Shown here piece after piece: positions 9,911 to 19,053 of a stretch of DNA of 64,000 nt; within the stretch, counting starts at the first letter, position 1, and each line of letters starts with the position of its first letter. Origin of the DNA: Gluconobacter sp. (GTDB lineage Bacteria > Pseudomonadota > Alphaproteobacteria > Acetobacterales > Acetobacteraceae); contig NZ_JBDNYY010000011.1 in NCBI RefSeq assembly GCF_047722525.1, forward strand, positions 6,019 to 70,018. The letters run 5' to 3'. The position numbers and the translations under genes are program-made. The notes under the pieces are model-generated. The model had not been told where the DNA came from, ran no database searches, and saw only the letters and a list, made by a program, of their open reading frames with translations.

Positions 9911-11005
9911 ATGCCAGTGGAATTCATCGGGTTTGTAAGTAGCCGGAACCATTCTGAAATCATTCCGCCTTCAGGCCCTGTCATTGACCTCGATCACATC
10001 GAGACAGCCGCCAAAATTCACGAGAATGGCCGCTTCGACCGCGTGTTGATTGCTTTCCATTCCAACTCGCCCGAGAGTATCCTGCTGGCGCAGCATGTTG
10101 CGGCCACCACCCGGGAGCTGGGGCTGATGGTGGCGCATCGTCCCGGCTTTACGGCTCCCACGCTGGCGGCCCGCCAGTTGGCAACGCTTGATCAGATCTC
10201 ACGTGGGCGCGCGGCAGTGCATATCATCACGGGCGGCAGCGACCTTGAGCTTCAGGCGGATGGCGATCATACCACCAAGGCCGAGCGCTATGCCCGGACC
10301 CGCGAATATCTTGAAATCGTGCGCAAGGAATGGGGCAGTCCAGAGCCTTTTGACTATGCGGGCCGGTTCTACACCGTGAAGGGTGCCAACTCTCTGGTGA
10401 AACCATATCACGGAGATGCCATTCCGGTTTATTTTGGCGGCTCGTCTGAGGAAGCCATTGCGGTGGCGGGTGAGCAGGCGGATGTTTATGCCCTGTGGGG
10501 TGAAACCTACGAGCAGGTGCGTGAAACCATTTCCCGGGTTCGCGCGGCTGCGGAAAAAGCAGGGCGCCCATCGCCGCGTTTCTCGCTCTCCCTGCGTCCG
10601 ATTCTGGCTGAGACGGAAGAGGTGGCCTGGGCGAAGGCGGACGCTATTCTTGAACAGGCCCGGCGGCTTCAGGACCAGACGGGATATGCCAGGTCTTCCG
10701 TTATCCCCAACGAGGGGTCCCGTCGCCTGCTGGCGGCGGCGAAGCAGGGCTCGCGTCTGGACAAGCGGCTGTGGACGGGGATCGCTGAACTGACGGGGGC
10801 CAAAGGCAATTCAACCTCTCTTGTCGGCACGCCGGATCAGGTGGCTGAAGCTCTTCTGGACTATTACCGGATTGGAATTTCGACGTTTCTTATTCGTGGG
10901 TTTGATCCGCTCGTGGATGCTTATGACTACGGGCGGGATCTTCTCCCGCGTGTTCGGACTCTGGTTGCGGAAGAAGACCAGCGCACCGGCCAGCAGGCTG
11001 CCTGA
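9911..11005 (+). CDS. SsuD-like LLM-class FMNH2-dependent (alkanesulfonate-type) monooxygenase
   Basis: I prefer ATG 9911 (MPVEFIGF) over the track start at 9821. The protein is collinear with E. coli SsuD as I recall it: RPGFTAPTLAARQLATLDQISRGRAAVHIITGG, ERYARTREYLEIVRKEW, VYFGGSSEEAIAVAGEQADVYALWGE, LVGTPDQVAEALLDYYRIGISTFLIRGF. Confidence 0.85.
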   Translation: MPVEFIGFVSSRNHSEIIPPSGPVIDLDHIETAAKIHENGRFDRVLIAFHSNSPESILLAQHVAATTRELGLMVAHRPGFTAPTLAARQLATLDQISRGRAAVHIITGGSDLELQADGDHTTKAERYARTREYLEIVRKEWGSPEPFDYAGRFYTVKGANSLVKPYHGDAIPVYFGGSSEEAIAVAGEQADVYALWGETYEQVRETISRVRAAAEKAGRPSPRFSLSLRPILAETEEVAWAKADAILEQARRLQDQTGYARSSVIPNEGSRRLLAAAKQGSRLDKRLWTGIAELTGAKGNSTSLVGTPDQVAEALLDYYRIGISTFLIRGFDPLVDAYDYGRDLLPRVRTLVAEEDQRTGQQAA

Positions 11006-11008
11006 AAC

Positions 11009-12001
11009 ATGGGCAGGGCGTCTTTTCCACTTACGGTCGTTAACCAGATCGAGCCTGCGATCGGGGCCCTGATCGCGCAGATGGATAGTCGGATCCGGGT
11101 TGTAAATCAGGCCCGGGATGTATCGGAGCCCTGGAAAACGGAAGGAGCCGATATTCTTCTGACGGGTCCGTCAACGGCCTGGAAGAACGCCCCGGCAACG
11201 CCTCCTGCGACCTGGCATCCGACCAGATGGGTGCAGATCGCCTCTGCTGGAACAGACGGTTTTCCGCAGTGGTTTCTGGAGGCACAGCCTGTCAGCACGG
11301 GGCGAGGCAATGCGGCCGTGCCGGTTGCGGAATATGTTCTGCTGGCCATGCTGGCTCATGCCAGGCGCTTTGAGAGCTTCCGCGTCTCGTCTCCGCAGGA
11401 GTGGAGTCAGCAGGGGAGCACTGTCAAATACGATGCTCCGCTCCGGACGTTGTCCGGGCAGACGCTGGGGCTTGCGGGGTACGGCGCCATTGGCCGGGAG
11501 GTGGCTCGTCTGGCCCGGAGTTTCGGTATGGAGGTTCGTGTCTGGCGCCGCAGTCCCTGGCTGGACGGGGAAGAGGCGCGGGACGGCGTTCAGGCCGTTC
11601 GGGATCTGGGAACCCTGTTCGGGGAGGCAGATCATCTGGTTCTGGCCCTGCCACTGACTGATGAAACACACAGGATTGTTGATCGCGACGTCCTGTCCCG
11701 GTCCAGGCCGGGGCTGCATCTTGTCAATGTGGCCCGGGGGGCGCTGATTGACGAGGACGCGTTGCTGGAAAGTCTGGATCGCGGGCGTCTTGCCGCCGCG
11801 ACGCTGGATGTCACGTCCCCGGAACCACCGCCTGCCGGTCACCGGTTCTATACGCATCCCGGAATACGACTGACGCCGCATGTCTCCTGGTCCGGCCCGG
11901 GTGTGGCCGTCCATCTGCGAGAGCGCATCACCCGGAATATCGAGAATTTCCTTCATGGACGGCCGCTGGAATCCCTTCTGGATCCACGCCGCGGATACTG
12001 A
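11009..12001 (+). CDS. D-isomer-specific 2-hydroxyacid dehydrogenase family protein
   Basis: NAD-binding GLAGYGAIGREVARLARSFGMEV, plus the catalytic Arg/Glu/His context (NVARGALIDEDAL, TPHVSW). It starts 3 nt after the previous stop. Confidence 0.85.
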   Translation: MGRASFPLTVVNQIEPAIGALIAQMDSRIRVVNQARDVSEPWKTEGADILLTGPSTAWKNAPATPPATWHPTRWVQIASAGTDGFPQWFLEAQPVSTGRGNAAVPVAEYVLLAMLAHARRFESFRVSSPQEWSQQGSTVKYDAPLRTLSGQTLGLAGYGAIGREVARLARSFGMEVRVWRRSPWLDGEEARDGVQAVRDLGTLFGEADHLVLALPLTDETHRIVDRDVLSRSRPGLHLVNVARGALIDEDALLESLDRGRLAAATLDVTSPEPPPAGHRFYTHPGIRLTPHVSWSGPGVAVHLRERITRNIENFLHGRPLESLLDPRRGY

Positions 12002-12018
12002 CTTCAAGGAAGATCGTC

Positions 12019-12825
12019 ATGAGTGCCACACTACAGAACATTTCCTCCCTGCAGGAGCCCCGTGCACGAACCCATCGTCTTCAGCCCAGGAAGCCTGCCG
12101 CGACTTTTGAAGAGGAGCGGCTGCACCGCAAGCAGCGCCTGGCCGCGACATTCCGGCTCTTCGGCCGGTACGGTTTCGATCAGGGGCTTGCGGGTCATGT
12201 GACGGCACGGGATCCGGAATTTCCGGACCGCTACTGGATCAACCCGCTGGCAGTGCACTTTTCCCAGATCCGCGTGTCGGATCTCCAGCTTGTGGACCAT
12301 GAAGGCAACATCCTGATCGGTGAGCGCCCTATCAACACGGCCGGCTTCACCATTCATTCCGCCCTGCATCGGGCCCGCCCGGATGTCATTGCGGCGGCCC
12401 ATACACATTCGACATATGGGAAGGCCTTTTCAGCGCTCGGAACGGAGCTGCTGCCCATCAGTCAGGATTCCTGCGCCTTTTATGAGGATCATGCCGTTTT
12501 TGATCCTTTCAGTGGGGTGGTGCTGGATGACAGCGAGGGTGACCGCCTTGCCAAAACGCTGGGGAACCGGAAGGCCCTGATTTTGCAGAACCATGGCCTG
12601 TTGACGGCCGGACCGACGGTGGAAGCCGTGGCCTGGTGGTTTCTGGCCATGGACAACGCAGCCCATACACAGCTTCTGGCGCAGGCCGCTGGCCCCCTGA
12701 AGCCGATCGCGCCAGATATTGCCCGTCTGACAGCCAGTCAGGTGGGGACAGCACAGGGCGCTTATTATTCGTTCCAGCCTCTCTGGGACTGGATCGCCGC
12801 TCTTGAACCCGATTTTCTTGACTGA
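12019..12825 (+). CDS. Class II aldolase / adducin-head family protein
   Basis: 268 aa with motifs GLAGHVTARDP, GFTIHSALHRARPDVIAAAHTHSTYG and LQNHGLLTAGPTVEAV, typical of the Aldolase_II fold (Zn-His cluster). Confidence 0.8.
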   Translation: MSATLQNISSLQEPRARTHRLQPRKPAATFEEERLHRKQRLAATFRLFGRYGFDQGLAGHVTARDPEFPDRYWINPLAVHFSQIRVSDLQLVDHEGNILIGERPINTAGFTIHSALHRARPDVIAAAHTHSTYGKAFSALGTELLPISQDSCAFYEDHAVFDPFSGVVLDDSEGDRLAKTLGNRKALILQNHGLLTAGPTVEAVAWWFLAMDNAAHTQLLAQAAGPLKPIAPDIARLTASQVGTAQGAYYSFQPLWDWIAALEPDFLD

Positions 12826-12839
12826 GGAGTTAGCGATCC

Positions 12840-13436
12840 ATGGCGACCATTGAACCCCTGCGTGAATTTGTAACCCGCTTCACACGCCTGTTCGACGAAC
12901 ATTCTACGCCGGACGAAATCCAGACAGCGGGAGCCGGACTGCTGAAAACGCTTGTTTCGCGTGACGACTGGCTGCCGGAGCCTTATACGCGGCCGCATCC
13001 GGAGCGCTACAGCCAGTATCTTCTCCATTGTGACCCTCTGGAGCGTTTTTCCGTTGTGAGTTTCGTCTGGGGGCCCGGACAGAAGACGCCGCTGCACGAT
13101 CATCGTGTCTGGGGGCTGATCGGAATGCTCCGGGGCAGGGAGAGCGAAACGCAGTTCACCCGCCGCGACGACGGAACGTTTGTGAAGGGGGAAACCGGCT
13201 TCCTCGAACCCGGCGAGGTCGCATTCCTGGCGCCGGGCGTGAATGACTATCACCTCGTGGCCAATGCCCTGGCGGATCAGACTTCCATCTCCATCCATGT
13301 CTATGGGGCCAATATCGGCGGCGTTTCGCGGGCTGTCTATGATGAGGGCAGTGGCGTCGAGAAGACTTTCATTTCCGGATATTCGAGTGACGATGTTCCA
13401 AATCTCTGGGACCGCTCCAGGAGCAGAGCCGCATGA
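12840..13436 (+). CDS. Cysteine-dioxygenase-family cupin, Gln-type (3-mercaptopropionate-dioxygenase-like thiol dioxygenase)
   Basis: The 3-His site is PLHDH plus DYHLVAN, and the Ser-His-Tyr triad is ISIHVYG. RYSQYLL aligns by eye with mammalian RYTRNLV, so Gln replaces the substrate-carboxylate Arg. Confidence 0.75.
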   Translation: MATIEPLREFVTRFTRLFDEHSTPDEIQTAGAGLLKTLVSRDDWLPEPYTRPHPERYSQYLLHCDPLERFSVVSFVWGPGQKTPLHDHRVWGLIGMLRGRESETQFTRRDDGTFVKGETGFLEPGEVAFLAPGVNDYHLVANALADQTSISIHVYGANIGGVSRAVYDEGSGVEKTFISGYSSDDVPNLWDRSRSRAA

Positions 13437-15040
13437 ACAGCATTACGAGTCTCCAGCCCCTGACAGCTTCTGAGGATGTCCGGGCGAAGTTGAAGAACGG
13501 GGTGGAAATCGCCCTGCTGGATGTACGGGAAGAAGACCCTTTCGCCTCCGCCCATCCGCTTTTTGCCGTCAATCTTCCTCTGGGGCGTATCGAGGAACGG
13601 ATTGCAGCGCTGGTGCCGCGCAGGGATGTTCCTGTCGTCGTGTATGACAATGGGGAAGGGCGGACGGCACAGGCCATCCGCCTGCTTCGGACGCTCGGGT
13701 ATACGGATGTTTCTGCTCTGGCAGGCGGCCTTGAAGGCTGGCGTCGTTCGGGCGGAGAAATCTTCATCGACGTCAATGTTCCTTCCAAGGCTTTTGGCGA
13801 ACTGGTGGAACATGTCCGTCACACGCCCTCGCTTCCGGCCCGGGAACTGCATGACAGGATTGAACGGGGGGACGATCTGGTCATTCTCGATGCCCGTCGC
13901 TTCATCGAATACAATGTGATGTCCATTCCGGGCGGGCGTTCGGTTCCGGGCGGGGAACTGGCACTCCGCGTGAGGGATATCGCGCCCTCTCCCGCGACAA
14001 CGGTGGTGGTGAACTGTGCGGGGCGCACGCGTTCCATCATCGGCACGCAGTCCCTGATCAACGCCGGGATTCCCAATCCTGTCTATGCCCTGCGAAACGG
14101 GACCATCGGATGGACACTGGAAGGACTTTCGCTTGAACATGGGGCGGACAGGAAAGGAGCAGATATTTCGGCACCGAACCTCGAAGCCGCCCGGAGCCGC
14201 GCAGAGCACCTCGCCGGGAAGGCGGGGGTCCGTTACGTTGACGCCGTCACTCTCGGGGAACTCCTGTCCAATCCCCGCAGGACGGTCTATCGGCTGGATG
14301 TGCGTTCACCCGAAGAATACGCGGAAGGGCATCTGGCCGGCTTCCGGTCTGCACCGGGAGGCCAGCTTGTGCAGGCCACGGATGAATGGATCGGGGTACG
14401 CCATGGAACCGTTGTCCTGACTGACGATGATGGGGTCCGGGCACGCATGACGGCTCACTGGCTCAGACAGCTTGGCTGGAATGAAGTGTATGTCCTTACC
14501 TCCTGGTCCGGTCTGCCGACCGAAACAGGCCAGGAAGCGCCGCAGCTTGCGCGGCCGTTGCCTGCCGTGGAAATCATATCTGTGGAAAAGCTGGCGGCTC
14601 TGACACCGGACCGGCAGACTCTCATTCTGGATCTGGCGAGCAGCCCGGTTTTCAGAAAAGGCCATATTGTCGGGGCCCGTTTCGTGATCCGGCCGGATCT
14701 GGCGTCTCAGCCGGTCATCCAGACAGCAAAGGAGATCATTCTGGTGTCTCCTGACGGTATCGCCGCTCATCTTGCCGCACCGGATCTTGCCGGAACGGGA
14801 GCGCGCGTGCGTGTCCTGAAAGGCGGCACAGACGCCTGGAAGGCCGCGGGATACCCGGTTGAAACAGGTCTTGACGAGGCAAAGGCTCTTTCTGTTCTGA
14901 ATGACGTCTACAAGCGCCCTTATGAAGGAACGGATAACGCGGCGGAGGCCATGCAGGCCTATCTTGACTGGGAGTTCGGACTGGTCGCCCAGCTTGAGAA
15001 AGACGGGACGCACGGGTTCAGGGTTCTGGAGCAGGTCTGA
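13433..15040 (+). CDS. Multi-domain rhodanese-like sulfurtransferase (four tandem rhodanese repeats, one catalytic Cys)
   Basis: 535 aa. Repeat signatures are LLDVREEDPF / VILDARRFIEY / YRLDVRSPEEY / LILDLASSPVF. The active-site loop VVVNCAGRTRS occurs only in repeat 2. The start overlaps the dioxygenase stop (ATGA at 13433-13436). Confidence 0.85.
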   Translation: MNSITSLQPLTASEDVRAKLKNGVEIALLDVREEDPFASAHPLFAVNLPLGRIEERIAALVPRRDVPVVVYDNGEGRTAQAIRLLRTLGYTDVSALAGGLEGWRRSGGEIFIDVNVPSKAFGELVEHVRHTPSLPARELHDRIERGDDLVILDARRFIEYNVMSIPGGRSVPGGELALRVRDIAPSPATTVVVNCAGRTRSIIGTQSLINAGIPNPVYALRNGTIGWTLEGLSLEHGADRKGADISAPNLEAARSRAEHLAGKAGVRYVDAVTLGELLSNPRRTVYRLDVRSPEEYAEGHLAGFRSAPGGQLVQATDEWIGVRHGTVVLTDDDGVRARMTAHWLRQLGWNEVYVLTSWSGLPTETGQEAPQLARPLPAVEIISVEKLAALTPDRQTLILDLASSPVFRKGHIVGARFVIRPDLASQPVIQTAKEIILVSPDGIAAHLAAPDLAGTGARVRVLKGGTDAWKAAGYPVETGLDEAKALSVLNDVYKRPYEGTDNAAEAMQAYLDWEFGLVAQLEKDGTHGFRVLEQV

Positions 15041-15066
15041 ACCCGTCTCCTACCGTAAATATCCTG

Positions 15067-15104
15067 AAACCCGGTCATTTCTTTCGAAATGGCCGGGTTT
15101 TCTC
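15067..15104. terminator. Bidirectional rho-independent terminator between convergent genes
   Basis: AAACCCGGTCATTTC-tttc-GAAATGGCCGGGTTT forms a 15-bp stem with one G.U pair. It is flanked by an A-run and a T-run and lies between the stops at 15040 (+) and 15109 (-). Confidence 0.7.
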
Positions 15105-15108
15105 TGCT

Positions 15109-16293
15109 TCAGACCCGCAGGGTTTTCTGTCCCGCCGCGAGGAAAGCGCTGTCTCCCTGCGGGGTATGCACCCTTCCACACAGGACGTTCCGGTAATGGC
15201 GTTCCAGCGGGTTGTCCTGACTGAGGCCGGGATTGCCGATGGCCGCGACGGCTTTGCCGACTGCCGCAATGGCGTTTTCCGTAACCACCTGCTTGGCCAG
15301 TCCGGCTTCGGTGTCGCTTTCCGCTCCCTGCTCCGACAGCCGGACGGCATGTTCAATCAGGGCGGCATTGGAGAAAAGGAGCGCGTCTATTTCTCCCACA
15401 AGGATCTGAAAGCGCGGCAGGGTCGCAAGTGGCGCACCAAGATTCGTGGGGACCCGCTGATGAAGGAATGTCACCAGCCAGTCCCGTGCCGCCTGCGCAA
15501 TACCATCATAAAGGGCAGCCACCACGATGGCATGCCAGCTTGCAATCGCAACGGGATTGTTTTCAGAAGCCGCGGGCGTGGCCAGCAGGCCCAGATAACG
15601 TTCCGGAATTTCCACATCCTCGAAAATGATCGTGTGGCTGCCTGTGGCGCGCATGCCGAGCTGATGCCAGCTTTTCTCGATCCGTACCCCCCGCAGATCC
15701 AGTGGCACCAGCACGGGACCGACCCGCGGATCTGCCTCGTCTGTTCTGGCCCAGACAACGCCCCATTGCAGCGCGGTCGACCCCGTCGAAAAGATCTTGC
15801 GTCCGTTCAGGCGCCATGCGTTCCCCTGCCGGCTGACTGTCGTCGCTGGCAGTCCGCCACGTGAGGGGGTTCCCAGTTCCGGTTCCACCCTGAGAGCGTT
15901 GATGAGTGCGCCTTCCTGTCGGACGCTCTCGAAGAATTCCTGCTTCACCGCATCCGACCAGAGCGACGAGTGTGCGAATGATCCGGACTGGAGATACTGC
16001 ATGGCCAGAATGAGGGCCGTGGATGGGTCCCCCTGTGCCACCTGGCTGATGATTTGGACCACGGTCCGAAGGGAGATTTCCTGTCCTCCCGCGGATTTCG
16101 GAAGGGCGAGGACAAGAAAACCTGCATCATAAAGATCGTGCAGGTTTTCTGTTGAGATGTTGCCACTCCGATCATATCGCGGAGCACGCTCCGCAAAGAG
16201 CTTCACGAGGTTTTCGAGCGCGTCTCCCGGGAAAGAGGAACCGGCTGGTTTGGAAAAAGGACTGTCACCCATGGCGGATCTCCGGTCTTTCAA
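15109..16293 (-). CDS. Acyl-CoA-dehydrogenase-fold flavoprotein, SfnB/MsuC/DszC-like sulfur-acquisition oxidoreductase
   Basis: 394 aa with ACAD-like middle and C-terminal domains (WRLNGRKIFSTG, LGMRATGSHTIIFEDVEIP, LERHYRNV). It is co-directional with and 24 nt downstream of an SsuA-like gene. The start may be MGDSPF at 16272. Confidence 0.75.
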   Translation of the reverse strand: MKDRRSAMGDSPFSKPAGSSFPGDALENLVKLFAERAPRYDRSGNISTENLHDLYDAGFLVLALPKSAGGQEISLRTVVQIISQVAQGDPSTALILAMQYLQSGSFAHSSLWSDAVKQEFFESVRQEGALINALRVEPELGTPSRGGLPATTVSRQGNAWRLNGRKIFSTGSTALQWGVVWARTDEADPRVGPVLVPLDLRGVRIEKSWHQLGMRATGSHTIIFEDVEIPERYLGLLATPAASENNPVAIASWHAIVVAALYDGIAQAARDWLVTFLHQRVPTNLGAPLATLPRFQILVGEIDALLFSNAALIEHAVRLSEQGAESDTEAGLAKQVVTENAIAAVGKAVAAIGNPGLSQDNPLERHYRNVLCGRVHTPQGDSAFLAAGQKTLRV

Positions 16294-16317
16294 TCTGGAA
16301 GCTGTTGTAGCTGTTGG

Positions 16318-17268
16318 TCAGGGGATGAAAACCGTCAGGTCAAAAGCATCGTCCAGTTTTCCAGTGTCTCTCAGGAAGCCGGCTGACCTGTAGGCATCGA
16401 GGGTGGTCTGCTCCTGCTGAACGATCTTCGGGGTCAGAGGGACAGGAGAGGCGATAAGGTGTCTGGCTACGGCGGTTGCCACGGGCAGCGGAAGCCCGGT
16501 CTGGCGCGCAAGAATATCGGCATATGCCGCCTGATGCTGTATTCCCCATGCATAAGCTGCGGCCATGCGCCGATAGAAATCGGCCAGAAGCGCGTGTTTG
16601 GTGCTCAGGGCCGTTGTGGTAGCGACAAAGAAGCTGTTGTTCGGCATCACATTGCGGCCGTCGGCAATGACGCGGGCATGGTTCTGGATCACGGCCAGAG
16701 AAATATAGGGCTCCCACGTCGACCAGGCATCAATCTGTCCTGTATCCAGCGCGGCCTTCGCCTGAGCCGGAGCAAGGTAAACAATATGCGGGGCAGGAGC
16801 AGGAATGGCACCTGTGGCCATGAGGCGCAGAAGCAGAAGATGCCCGATTGAGCCCTTGCCGGTTCCGATTTTCTTTCCGGACAGGTCTGCCGCGTTGTGG
16901 ATAGGGGACGATGCGGTAGCGATGACCGCAGTGGACTCACCGCCACCCCTTGGGGGCACGAGAAAGGCGGCCTTGATGGGAAGATGGGCGCCCCAGGAAA
17001 AAAGGAAGGGTCCGTCCCCGGCAATTCCGGTATCGACCGCATTCGCTGCCAGGGCCTGAAGGAGAGGGGCCGCTGCCTCGAATTCGGTCCAGTGCAGATG
17101 ATAGGGCAGGGCACGGTCCTGTCCTGCTGCTGCGAGCAGCGCCCTGCTCTGACCTTTCTGGTCCGCAACGGTCAGGTTGTCGTCGGCACATGCCGGACTG
17201 CCCTGCATCAGGGATGTGCCCAGAAGGAGGGCACTAAAGAGCATCAGGGATCTTGTTGCGGAGATCAT
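16318..17268 (-). CDS. ssuA: Aliphatic sulfonate ABC substrate-binding protein
   Basis: 316 aa with signal MISATRSLMLFSALLLGTSLMQGSPACA. It has an SsuA-like body and is divergent from the ssuC/ssuB-like pair. Confidence 0.8.
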   Translation of the reverse strand: MISATRSLMLFSALLLGTSLMQGSPACADDNLTVADQKGQSRALLAAAGQDRALPYHLHWTEFEAAAPLLQALAANAVDTGIAGDGPFLFSWGAHLPIKAAFLVPPRGGGESTAVIATASSPIHNAADLSGKKIGTGKGSIGHLLLLRLMATGAIPAPAPHIVYLAPAQAKAALDTGQIDAWSTWEPYISLAVIQNHARVIADGRNVMPNNSFFVATTTALSTKHALLADFYRRMAAAYAWGIQHQAAYADILARQTGLPLPVATAVARHLIASPVPLTPKIVQQEQTTLDAYRSAGFLRDTGKLDDAFDLTVFIP

Positions 17269-17452
17269 GAGAAAAGCAGTGCGGCCATCAGAGTCTCCCA
17301 GAATATGGCGAGAGCAGACCCACCATGCCGGCCCGCTCCGCCATGAACAATCAAATCACGTCAAACAGTGGCATTGATAATACTCACCTGACATTCGAGG
17401 CTGGAAGTTGGAAAACTGCCATTTCAAATGCTGCCTGTGGGAGTTAAGTCCG

Positions 17453-18292
17453 ATGTCAGACACCATCATCCTGACAGGAACGAACAAGACGGGTGACACC
17501 CGGAGAAAGAATTTCAATCTGGAAAAGCTTGTTTTTGCACGGCGCTATGCTTCTCCGATTCTGCTCGTCTGTCTCTGGCAACTGGCCTGCTCGTCAGGGC
17601 TGCTTTCAACGAGACTGGTGGCCTCGCCCGCACAGATTGCCGTGACGGGCTGGACGCTGGTGCGGGATGGCACGCTGCCCTACAATCTGGGTGTCTCTCT
17701 TCTGAGGGCGGCAAGCGGCCTGGGAATTGCCATCAGTGTGGGTGTCGTTCTCGCTCTCATCTCCGGCCTGTCCCGGCTGGGGGAAGACATTGTCGATGCG
17801 CCGCTACAGATCCTGCGGACACTACCGGCTCTCGCCCTCGTCCCCCTGTTCATCCTGTGGTTCGGCATTGGTGAGACCCCGAAGATCCTGCTCGTCGCCC
17901 TGGGTGCGACGTTTCCGATCTATCTGAATCTTCACAAGGGTATCCGGACCATTGATCCCAAGCTGCTGGAAATGACATCAACGCTGGGTCTGTCGCGCTG
18001 GCAGACGATCAGGGATGTGTTCCTTCCCGGTGCCCTGCCGGACTTCCTGACGGGGTTACGCTACGCCGTTGGCGTTTCGTGGCTGATGCTTGTTGTGGCC
18101 GAACAGGTCAATGCGGAAAGCGGAATTGGTCACATGATGATGGATGCGGAGGATTTCCTCCGGACAGACATCATCCTTGTCGGTCTGCTGGTTTATGGCC
18201 TGCTTGGCCTGCTGTCCGACCAGATCGTCCGCTTTCTGGAGGCCACATTGCTCGCATGGCGCCCGGACAGAAGAAAAGGACAGACGGCATGA
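17453..18292 (+). CDS. ssuC: Aliphatic sulfonate ABC transporter permease
   Basis: Hydrophobic multi-span protein. I prefer start MSDTIILTG at 17453 over the track start at 17408. Its stop overlaps the ATPase start. Confidence 0.8.
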   Translation: MSDTIILTGTNKTGDTRRKNFNLEKLVFARRYASPILLVCLWQLACSSGLLSTRLVASPAQIAVTGWTLVRDGTLPYNLGVSLLRAASGLGIAISVGVVLALISGLSRLGEDIVDAPLQILRTLPALALVPLFILWFGIGETPKILLVALGATFPIYLNLHKGIRTIDPKLLEMTSTLGLSRWQTIRDVFLPGALPDFLTGLRYAVGVSWLMLVVAEQVNAESGIGHMMMDAEDFLRTDIILVGLLVYGLLGLLSDQIVRFLEATLLAWRPDRRKGQTA

Positions 18293-19023
18293 CGGGGCGC
18301 CGCGCCGAAGTAGAAGCAGGAAGCGGTACTGCTGTCATCGTGGAGCAGTTATCGCGGCGCTTCAATGGTGGCCCTCCAGTGCTGGACGGGCTGGATCTGG
18401 CCATTGCGCCGGGAGAATTCGTCGCCCTGCTGGGGCATAGCGGGTCAGGGAAATCCACCCTTCTGAGAACGCTGGCAGGTCTTGATCCGGTGACGGAAGG
18501 GGCTGTGACCCGGCCCCGGGATGTCTCGGTTGTTTTCCAGGAACATCGTCTTCTGCCGTGGAAGCGTGTGTGGAAGAACGTGGTTCTGGGGCAGGAAGAC
18601 AAATGCATCCGGCAACGGGCCGAGGCAGTCCTTGAAGAAGTCGGGCTTTCCCATCGCAAGTCCGCATGGCCGCTCACACTTTCTGGAGGAGAGGCCCAGC
18701 GTGCGGCGCTTGCACGGGCACTGGTGCGGGAACCGGCTTTTCTGATGCTGGATGAGCCCTTTGCGGCTCTGGATGCCCTGACGCGCCTGAAAATGCAGCA
18801 ACTGGTGGCGGATCTCTGGAGAAAACATCGCTGTGCAGTTCTGCTTGTCACCCATGACGTCGATGAGGCGCTCTTGCTGGCGGATCGCGCCGTCGTGCTG
18901 GAGCGGGGGAAAATTCGTGTGGATGTTCCCATCCCTCTGCCGCGCCCGAGGCGGCATTCCGATCCTGAATTTGAAACGCTGCGGACACTGCTTCTTGATG
19001 CCCTGGGGGTTCATGCTTCCTGA
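18289..19023 (+). CDS. ssuB: Aliphatic sulfonate ABC transporter ATP-binding protein
   Basis: The track ORF (18079) carries a 70-codon extension inside ssuC. ATG 18289 (MTGRRAEV) forms an ATGA overlap with the ssuC stop. Walker A GHSGSGKST, signature LSGGEAQR, Walker B LMLDEP. Confidence 0.9.
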   Translation: MTGRRAEVEAGSGTAVIVEQLSRRFNGGPPVLDGLDLAIAPGEFVALLGHSGSGKSTLLRTLAGLDPVTEGAVTRPRDVSVVFQEHRLLPWKRVWKNVVLGQEDKCIRQRAEAVLEEVGLSHRKSAWPLTLSGGEAQRAALARALVREPAFLMLDEPFAALDALTRLKMQQLVADLWRKHRCAVLLVTHDVDEALLLADRAVVLERGKIRVDVPIPLPRPRRHSDPEFETLRTLLLDALGVHAS

Positions 19024-19053
19024 GGACATTTTTCTGTAGAGGATATCTTTTCC

